Assembly (NCBI GenBank): GCA_049585095.1
Contig: JBAUZB010000222.1
Coordinates: 109-64,108, forward strand
DNA: 64,000 nucleotides
From: Candidatus Tumulicola sp.
Lineage (GTDB): Bacteria > Vulcanimicrobiota > Vulcanimicrobiia > Vulcanimicrobiales > Vulcanimicrobiaceae
Direction: 5' to 3'
The translations under genes were made by a program, and so were the position numbers. The notes under the pieces are model-generated. The model was given only the letters and a program-made list of their open reading frames with translations. It did not search any database and was not told the origin of the DNA. This document shows, in pieces, positions 16,944 through 23,767 of this stretch; position 1 is the first letter of the stretch, and the number at the start of each line of letters is the position of its first letter.

Positions 16944-17606
16944 CTAGCCGGGCCCAAGGTGAAACGGTAGTGCACTGCTTCGATGGAGCCTTAGAGGCGT
17001 GTTCGGCTTCACAGGTGCAGTCGATGAATCGCCCATAGCGTCGGTTATAGTCACGCGAAGAACTCGGGTTTGTGTGCCATTGTGCAACCAGAGGCGGTAC
17101 GCTTCTCCGGGCGCTATGGACTGAATAAAGCAAGGCGTCGAAAGCGTCGTGACCACCTTCTCTTCAGCGTCCACATCGTCAAGGACTAGCGTCACCTTGG
17201 CGTTTAACGCCGGTCCTCTTCCAATGCTGCGTATCTTAATCCGAACTAATCCACATTCACTCGCCTTAACGATGGAGCTTATGAGCAAGTGCGACTCAGG
17301 CTTGGTAATCTCCACCTGCATGTCGGGTCGGGCTGGCGGCTTGTCGGTGTCTATCTCGACTAGAAGAATCGGCTCTCGCTCAAGAGCCAACGTCTCTAGG
17401 GCGGCGCTAGCCGTTCCGTAGGCGTAGTACGCAGCACAGGCAGCTATGACAACAAGTAGTAATGTCGCAGTTCCTGTGAGCCACGCCGCCACGAGTCCGT
17501 AGTCGAGTGCGCATGGTCCATTGCTCGGCAAGAGCCATCGACCAATCAAAAAACCCGCTAGACCCGCAACGACGGCCATCGCCGCCAACATTGTCCACCT
17601 ACCCAC
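16944..17606 (-). CDS. Two-TM protein with a beta-rich (CARDB-like?) domain, hypothetical.
   Basis: The TM helices are MLAAMAVVAGLAGFLIG and LVAAWLTGTATLLLVVIAACAAYYAY, followed by VRIKIRSIGRGPALNAKVTLVL. It lies 43 nt downstream of 17650..19074 on the same strand. The architecture matches 19304..19945. Confidence 0.5.
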   Translation of the reverse strand: MGRWTMLAAMAVVAGLAGFLIGRWLLPSNGPCALDYGLVAAWLTGTATLLLVVIAACAAYYAYGTASAALETLALEREPILLVEIDTDKPPARPDMQVEITKPESHLLISSIVKASECGLVRIKIRSIGRGPALNAKVTLVLDDVDAEEKVVTTLSTPCFIQSIAPGEAYRLWLHNGTQTRVLRVTITDAMGDSSTAPVKPNTPLRLHRSSALPFHLGPG

Positions 17607-17649
17607 GGCTTAGGCCATTCGCGAGGACGTACTGGTTCCCCGTGCCCCG

Positions 17650-19074
17650 TTAAAGTGGCAAATGCTTGTCGGCGAAGTCCGACAGGTCTTGAACGACTGA
17701 CTCTCTACTTACTGTCTCCCCGCCCTTTCGTAACAGCCTTAACGTCACATCGGCAAAGCACTCTGCAAATGACTTTGCGAAGTCCGCGTCGTAGCCGTCG
17801 AGGTCGAACCCTCCCGGCAAGACCGGCTTAGAGTTCTGCCGCCCTGCGTGAAGGTTTAGTCTAAAGGCCATCCTGACGGTCTTCTCAAGCGTAAGGTGAG
17901 CGTAGAGCTTTCCTACGACAACAAAAACTGTTCCAATCAAGCATAGGTATTGCCAGAACGGGGATTCGTCATTCTGTTCAAAGCGGATGACTACTTCGCC
18001 ATCGGAGTCACACTCTATTTGCTGCTCCGGTTCTAGTGGCGAGCCGTCTCCTCTTTGACGCTCCCGTTGACCTGAAGTAAGCCATACGCCGTCCATCAGC
18101 GTGTCCGCCTTCAACGAGGAATGGAGCGGGCAGGTTGATTGCTTGCCGCGACTTGCAATCTCTATTACTTGAATCTCACGTTCATCAGACGAATCGAAAG
18201 TCCGACGCGCTCCGTATGCAGTGGGCACAACGCTACACCCAAGCACGAAGTCGGGATTGATAACTCGGCGCACGAGCGTGACCTTTCGTTCTCTTTCCGC
18301 GCCTAATGGGGATACGGTTATATTTGGCCGACTAGCGGTGACCTCACTGAACAGGCGCTTGACGTTTATTGAGAAATGCTCTAAGACTTCGTCGTTACTA
18401 TCAAATGGTACCGCGTTCAGCATGACCTTGTCACGCAGACCTTCTAGACGAACGCCGTCTTGAATGTAAAGCTGAACCTGAAGCTGCTTTCCGACAATCT
18501 CGGAGATATACGTTGCTATTGCAATCTCTTGTTCGACCCAAACGGAAGCTCGGTCGAATGGTGGCCAGTTGGGAACCGCAACCTGACCACGTTTATGCAA
18601 GATTCCCACAAAGCCGGAGCATCTGGATAAAGCTCCTAGAATATGGTCAGTAACGCCCTTGAACGAAGTTTGGTCTTTTGCGAAGTATCCTTCCGCGGGA
18701 GTTTCCTTCGTAATGATTGCGGCGATACTCTCTCCCAAATCGTATTCCTCGTCCGTCTGACCACAGCTTACAAAAACGAGTGGCTTCCCTCTCGCGGGTT
18801 TCGATTCCAATGCTTCTAATCGTTTAAGTCCGGCGTCCGAGATGGTCGTGCGGAAAATGCCGAAGTATCCGGGGCGACGGGTAACATGAATCAGCCCACC
18901 TTCTTTGAGCTTCTGCAAACGGGGAAGCAGGTCTGAGACATGAATCCCGAGGGACTCCCCAGCCAGGCGCGCGGGAGTGTCGAGCGTCGAGCTATTGGAC
19001 TCAGTCTGGGCCCCATCAGGTCCATTTGCTCGAAACCATCGCAGTACGTCGCGGTCCGTATCGTCCACGTGCAA
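17650..19074 (-). CDS. wHTH plus TIR-like (flavodoxin-fold) domain protein with an unassigned C-terminal half.
   Basis: The N-terminal winged-helix-like segment is LPRLQKLKEGGLIHVTRRPGYFGIFRTTISDAGLKRLEAL. The central segment is KPLVFVSCGQTDEEYDLGESIAAII...LSRCSGFVGILHKRG...SVWVEQEIAIA. This fits the TIR_2/DUF1863-type pattern (vFiSy..d...; S.Wv..Ei..A). About 230 aa at the C-terminus are unassigned. Confidence 0.55.
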   Translation of the reverse strand: MHVDDTDRDVLRWFRANGPDGAQTESNSSTLDTPARLAGESLGIHVSDLLPRLQKLKEGGLIHVTRRPGYFGIFRTTISDAGLKRLEALESKPARGKPLVFVSCGQTDEEYDLGESIAAIITKETPAEGYFAKDQTSFKGVTDHILGALSRCSGFVGILHKRGQVAVPNWPPFDRASVWVEQEIAIATYISEIVGKQLQVQLYIQDGVRLEGLRDKVMLNAVPFDSNDEVLEHFSINVKRLFSEVTASRPNITVSPLGAERERKVTLVRRVINPDFVLGCSVVPTAYGARRTFDSSDEREIQVIEIASRGKQSTCPLHSSLKADTLMDGVWLTSGQRERQRGDGSPLEPEQQIECDSDGEVVIRFEQNDESPFWQYLCLIGTVFVVVGKLYAHLTLEKTVRMAFRLNLHAGRQNSKPVLPGGFDLDGYDADFAKSFAECFADVTLRLLRKGGETVSRESVVQDLSDFADKHLPL

Positions 19075-19253
19075 CGTCTCCTCTTAGCCCAATGACCTAC
19101 TAACTGCGGAAATGGTAACATGGAAGCAGCACAACGGCGCAGTGGATTAGCGGCTGGTCGAGCCTCGCCAATCGCCACGACCCCACGCACGCCCCGGGAA
19201 CACACATGAAGGGGCTATCCCGGCCTGATAAGATGCCGAAGAGCCCCTGACTA

Positions 19254-19326
19254 GGGTATCCTCGGTTCGACGAAACCTAGCGTCTACGGAAACGATTATA
19301 ACAGTGACTTGGGTCCTCGGTTCGAC
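19254..19326. repeat. Direct repeat GGGT(A)TCCTCGGTTCGAC x2, spaced about 57 bp.
   Basis: Copies are GGGTATCCTCGGTTCGAC at 19254-19271 and GGGTCCTCGGTTCGAC at 19311-19326. They lie in the divergent region between 17650..19074 and 19304..19945. The second copy lies inside the 5' end of the long ORF call. Confidence 0.6.
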
Positions 19327-19945
19327 CGCACCGCTGCCCGTTATCGTTACGAATCCTCCTACGGCACCGTCGCCAGACTACTTAATGTACGGGCTAACCG
19401 GGGCGGCGGTCATTTTCACCTTTGCCACTCTGCTCTTCGCTGTCGCCGCGTGGTGGGTGAGTTTCGACCAAGCCATAAAGGCTGATGCACAGCGAGCGAA
19501 GCGACCGAACCCGAGTTTAACCTTCTCCTTCACACGTTCGTCTACCGAGCCCGATGCGGAAGGCCGATATGCCATCTTTTTGGAAGTCTACATTGTTAAC
19601 TACGGGACGGCACCAGCGAACAACGTTCATGCAACGCTTTCATTTCCTGCCAGCGTCGTATTCCAAGATTATGCTTCGGTGGTCAAGTACGGAATCGTGA
19701 CATCGGCTAGTCCGGACTACATTGAGCTGAGTCCAATGATTGATTCATTCGGGAACAGATGGGCGAATATTCACAACCGCGCGATGGAAGTTCTACCAAG
19801 CGAACCTCTACAGAAGCTCGGTTTTGGATGGTTCCTCGTTCGTCCCGGACCAAGTCGTATTCTGTGGCGCGTGAAGTGCCGCGAGGGAGACTTCCCGGGA
19901 CACAGCCTTGATAACGTCACTTCCGTTACGTTCGTCTCCGAGTAA
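19304..19945 (+). CDS. TM protein with a beta-rich (CARDB-like?) domain, hypothetical; paralogous architecture to 16944..17606.
   Basis: The TM helix is LTGAAVIFTFATLLFAVAAWWV, followed by RYAIFLEVYIVNYGTAPANNVHATLSF. The start is uncertain: GTG 19304, or ATG 19385 (MYGLTG...). Confidence 0.5.
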   Translation: MTWVLGSTAPLPVIVTNPPTAPSPDYLMYGLTGAAVIFTFATLLFAVAAWWVSFDQAIKADAQRAKRPNPSLTFSFTRSSTEPDAEGRYAIFLEVYIVNYGTAPANNVHATLSFPASVVFQDYASVVKYGIVTSASPDYIELSPMIDSFGNRWANIHNRAMEVLPSEPLQKLGFGWFLVRPGPSRILWRVKCREGDFPGHSLDNVTSVTFVSE

Positions 19946-20430
19946 GACGCCCGGCCGCTCTTCACAACGGGCATGCACGGTTTCAATCCGGCCTGAGCAT
20001 GGCTGCTCGCGGCTTGATTGCTCGGCCGTGACCATCTAATACCATCGGTGTCCGTCCATGAACAGTGGCTTTCGCAGCGCCGCCGTCGATAACCATCTGT
20101 GACCACGAGTGGCCATCGATTGCGGCGCCGCATTCGACCCCCGACGCGGCTACCAGCGTTCCGAAGCGTGAGCGCCGCCAGGCGCTCGTCCGGGGAGCCA
20201 TCGGGTAGCCAAACAGGATTTTCTGGGCTTTACATTCGTTTAGCTTCGTTACGTTTGCAAGGGCGGAAAGCCTGATTTTTAGGCACAATCTTTTCTTGCA
20301 TTGCGTAGCGTTTTGCTCGCCAAGAAGATTTGAAGACCGTGCGAACCACCAGATTCGTACGCTCCCACGTTTAGCGATAAGTCTTGCGCTGCAAGGGTTT
20401 TGCGGTGAACACCGCGCCGGCAATAGTTGC

Positions 20431-20463
20431 GGTGACCTACATTCTGGTCACTTCTAGGTCACC
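20431..20463. repeat. GGTGACC / GGTCAC / GGTCACC inverted and direct repeat cluster next to the integrase remnant.
   Basis: The sequence GGTGACCtacattctGGTCACttctaGGTCACC lies 62-94 bp beyond the 3' end of the integrase remnant. The outer heptamers are reverse complements of each other. Confidence 0.5.
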
Positions 20464-20524
20464 TCTGGCTACGCCCCGAGCCACCTTCCACCTGCTAGAG
20501 CTTGGCGTAGAACCGCATCAAGCT

Positions 20525-20881
20525 TCATTGCAGCCTCGGCCTGCGACGACAGCGCGACGTGTGAATGAGGTCCATCGTGATCGCGATGGTCGAGTGCCCG
20601 AGCATCTCTTGAATGACTTTCGGATGGACACCGTGTGCGAGAAGCTGGCTCGCGCAGGTCTGCAGCAGCGTGTGGAATGAAGCGCCGCTAAGCTTCGCGG
20701 TGCGTGCGAGGGCGCCGAAGCCGTCCGTGACTTTGCGCGGCGTCCACGGATTTCCGGCATCATCGCCCGGAAAGACGTAGCCGGGGCCGAGCCGACCCTG
20801 TGCGATCCGGTGATGTCGCAGCTTTTCGATTCCGCTCTTAGGTAGGGAACGACTCTCGACTCGCTCGCAACAGTCCGCCAC
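20525..20881 (-). pseudogene. Tyrosine recombinase (phage integrase family) C-terminal remnant.
   Basis: The 118-aa ORF keeps ASQLLAHGVHPKVIQEMLGHSTIAITMD, which is the conserved ...G.....vqe.LGHssi..T motif. The HxLRH box is degenerate (FHTLLQT). An Ile sits where the catalytic Tyr is expected (MDLIHTS). The whole N-terminal two-thirds is missing. Confidence 0.7.
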
Positions 20882-20982
20882 CGCACGCGCTGGGAAACCG
20901 ACAGCCTGTCTGCGAAAGCCCCTTTATCTGGATTGCTCGTCTGAGCCCCTTGGCAGCTCCGACCCCTTAAGGAAGGCTACCC

Positions 20983-22014
20983 GTGAAACGTCCACTCAGT
21001 CTCCTCGGAGCGAGCCTCAGTGCTGCGCTATTAGCCTCGTGCGGCGGTAGCAATGGCTCCTTAATGCCGATGTCTAGCTTGGACCAAAGCACGGCAGTAA
21101 GGTCGCCTCTACTCACCGCGGCCGCCGGTGCAAATCTCTACGTCGCAAACCGCGTCGGTAACACCGTGACCGTTTACGCACCCGGCAGCACGTCAGTGCT
21201 TCGGACCATTTCCAAAGGCGTGCACAAGCCAAATGCGTTAGCGTTAGATGGTTCAGGCAATCTCTACGTTGCAAACTCCAATACCGCCAGAGTCTTCGGC
21301 TCGGGCAGTAAGAACGTGCTAAGGACGATCTCCGAGGGCGTGAATCGACCGGCAGCCGAGGCGTTTGATGATTCCGGTAACCTCTATGTCGCAAACGCGG
21401 GCGGTAACACCGTGACAGTTTACGCGCCGGGTAGCACATCAGTGCTGCGCACGATCTCCCAGGGCGTGAACGGGCCGCTTGCATTGGCGTTTGACAGCTC
21501 AGGCAATCTCTACGTCGCAAACTACGACCCTTGGAGCGTGACGGTATACGCCCCGGGCAGCACGTCAGTGCTAAGAACGATCTCCCAGGGCGTTGATGAG
21601 CCGCGTGCGCTGGCGTTTGACGGTGCCGGCAATCTCTACGTCGCAAATTACGGGACCTGGACCGTGACGGTTTACGCCCCTGGGAGCACGTCGGCGCTGC
21701 GAACGATTTCTCAAGCCTTGAAATTTCCGGACGCCCTGGCGTTCGACGACTCGGGTAATCTCTATGTCTCAAACGCGTTAGGCGGTCGAAAAAGCGGTGG
21801 CACCGTTACGGTTTATGGCCCGGGCAGCACGTCAGTTTTGCGGACCATCACCCACGGCGTGAACCTCCCGATTGCTCTGGCGTTTGACGGCTCTGGTAAT
21901 CTCTACGTCGCAAACTCCAAAACCGTCACAGTCTACGCCCCGGAGAGGACGTCGGTTTTGCGGATAATTTCCCAGGGTCTGAATCAGCCGGTTGCGCTGG
22001 CATTCGGGCCATAA
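20983..22014 (+). CDS. NHL-like repeat beta-propeller lipoprotein.
   Basis: The signal plus lipobox is LSAALLASCGG. About 8 tandem repeats of 41-47 aa follow, with the pattern GNLYVAN..NTVTVYAPGSTSVLRTISQGVN.P.ALAFD.S. Confidence 0.8.
   Translation: MKRPLSLLGASLSAALLASCGGSNGSLMPMSSLDQSTAVRSPLLTAAAGANLYVANRVGNTVTVYAPGSTSVLRTISKGVHKPNALALDGSGNLYVANSNTARVFGSGSKNVLRTISEGVNRPAAEAFDDSGNLYVANAGGNTVTVYAPGSTSVLRTISQGVNGPLALAFDSSGNLYVANYDPWSVTVYAPGSTSVLRTISQGVDEPRALAFDGAGNLYVANYGTWTVTVYAPGSTSALRTISQALKFPDALAFDDSGNLYVSNALGGRKSGGTVTVYGPGSTSVLRTITHGVNLPIALAFDGSGNLYVANSKTVTVYAPERTSVLRIISQGLNQPVALAFGP
21124..22011 (+). repeat. Intragenic tandem repeats (about 125-140 bp units, about 8 copies) encoding the NHL-like blades.
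   Basis: Nucleotide-level similarity between units is visible. For example, ACCGTGACCGTTTACGCACCCGGCAGCACGTCAGTGCTTCGGACC compares with ACCGTGACAGTTTACGCGCCGGGTAGCACATCAGTGCTGCGCACG. Confidence 0.7.
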
Positions 22015-22078
22015 TTCCCGGTGCGGCAGTCGACAGATCCCGGTGTAAGACCGATGTCGCGTTTATGAGGAAGTTCGC

Positions 22079-23356
22079 ATGCGCATGAGCTGTTTGGTCG
22101 TTCTGGCCGCCTCCATCGTCGGTCTATCGAGTTGCAGCCACGGAAACACGGCCTTACCGAGTACATCCGCACCGAATCACACCCCCAAACATCCGCGCAG
22201 CATCGGCGCGGTCTGTACAACATAGCGCGAGCGAGAAGATTCTTTATGCCTTTCAGGGTGGTCCGGATGGTTCGGGACCGGCCGCGATTCTACGAGATGC
22301 GCAAGGCATTTTTTACGGCACCACGCAAACCGGCGGCGGAACGGTTTTTTCCATCGACCCATCGTCAGGCCAAGAACGTATCGTGTACCGGTTCCGAGGT
22401 GCACCGGATGGGGCAACCCGCAGTCAAAGCTGGTCGGCGTGAACGGTGTTCTCTACGGCACTACCAGTAAGGGGGGCTTGTCCGGCTGTCGCTGCGGAAC
22501 CGTTTTCTCCGCCAGTCCCTCGACCGGTCGCGAGCGCGTTGTGTACCGCTTCGGAGGCATGCCCGACGGGGATACTCCCACAGGCGATTTAATCGTGGTG
22601 AACGGCGTCTTGTACGGCGCGACCGTTTGGGGTGGTAATCCCGGCTGTTGGCCCCCCTCCGGGTGCGGAACCGTTTTCGCCGTCAACCTCGTGTCGGGAC
22701 AAGAAACCGTAGTTTATCGCTTCCAGGGTGGAGGGGATGGTGAACATCCATTTGCGGGGCTGCTCAGCGTAAATGGAACGCTGTATGGCACGACTGCTGA
22801 GGGCGGCATTCCCAGTGGCTCAGGTTGCGACTATGGCGATGGATGCGGAACGCTTTTCTCCCTCGAGCCGTCGTCGGGTACCGAAACTGTACTCTATCGC
22901 TTCCCGGGCGGGCAAAACGCCGAACGGCCGTATTCCAGCCTGATCGATGCGAACGGCGCACTGTACGGCACCGCGGGCGGGGGCATTGCAGGTACGGTGT
23001 ACACGTTCAGTCTTGCGCCCGGATTGGAGAACGTGATTTACACTTTCAGAGGTGGCGACAAGGACGGTACAGGTCCGTTGGCCGTCCTCTACTTGAACGG
23101 TGTGCTGTATGGCACTACGCAAGGCGGAGGCTTTGGCTGCCACAACTACTTCAAAGGTTGTGGAACGGTGTTCTCCATTGACCTGTCATCAAGACATGAA
23201 ACCGTTCTCTATAGCTTCAACGGTGGTAAGGACGGAGCACGCCCCTATGCCGGTTTAATTACGTTGAACGGGACGCTTTACGGCACGACGGATGGTGGCG
23301 GCGGTTCGTGCGGCAATAAGAATGGGTGCGGCACGGTTTTCGCGGTGACTAAGTAG
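22079..23356 (+). pseudogene. GloVer-type (choice-of-anchor tandem repeat) lipoprotein, interrupted by two compensating frameshifts; intact ORF 22439..23356.
   Basis: Repeats NGVLYGTT..GG...GCGTVF.....G.ETVLY.F.GG.DG..P match the Gloeo_Verruco repeat as I recall it. The lipoprotein signal MRMSCLVVLAASIVGLSSC (22079-) is in the same frame as 22439... The first repeat (SEKILYAFQGGPDGSGP...IFYGTTQTGGGTVFSIDP, about 22230-22412) is in another frame. Confidence 0.6.
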
Positions 23357-23767
23357 TCGGCCTGAGGCCTCGATTTCCGACCCTCGCAATCGCAACTCCG
23401 TTGGCGTGACCATTGCTCAGTCGGAACTTATGGCCGCTACGTCCGCAAGCACACCTTTAGTGCTTTTCATCACGATGTCGCACTTACGCATGGGCGGCTC
23501 GCAGTCTCTTCGGATTGCAGCAAGGGTGCCGAGCAAACGCGCGACACCCCGTGGAACTTTTCAGTGGGGTCCGGTTTCCGTCTCCTGGCTGCGCCCGGTA
23601 ATGCTACTGGGTGACGCCTCAGCCGTGACTGTAAGACGGACGCGGGGCTAGCCGCTTGCGCGGGTTACCCGCTTGCGCGCCCTCGCGCGCGTACCGCCGG
23701 CGCGTCTCCGCGGTCGAGGGACCTCCACGCGCCGACGACGCCATTGTACTCCGGCGGGGGGCTAAAG

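Larger units (their letters stand above)
1..20881. mobile_element. Putative decayed genomic island / integrated-element remnant; left boundary lies outside the window and the right boundary is uncertain.
   Basis: Hand GC counts on single 60-nt lines give 53% (1-60) and 52% (17701-17760), against 65% (49501-49560). The segment holds a serine recombinase (3511..4239) and a truncated tyrosine integrase (20525..20881). It also holds frameshifted or truncated genes, TA/defence-like modules and many hypothetical secreted or membrane proteins. No att repeat pair or tRNA target was found. Confidence 0.35.

Noticed and set aside
19258-19326. tRNA-like GGTTCGA motifs (also at about 58541).
   Set aside because: The flanking bases do not form a T-arm stem or an acceptor stem. 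No cloverleaf can be drawn. I found no tRNA, including tRNA-Sec, in the window by eye; this needs tRNAscan-SE to confirm.
19983-20423. A 146-aa minus-strand ORF between 19945 and the integrase relic.
   Set aside because: Its composition is heterogeneous, it spans the AT-rich patch, and no motifs were recognised. It may contain a gene relic, but I cannot support a call.
21124-22011. A regular repeat array that could be mistaken for a CRISPR or other non-coding array.
   Set aside because: The units are about 125-140 bp, in frame, and encode the NHL-like blades of one ORF. There is no short repeat/spacer structure. No CRISPR array was seen anywhere in the window.
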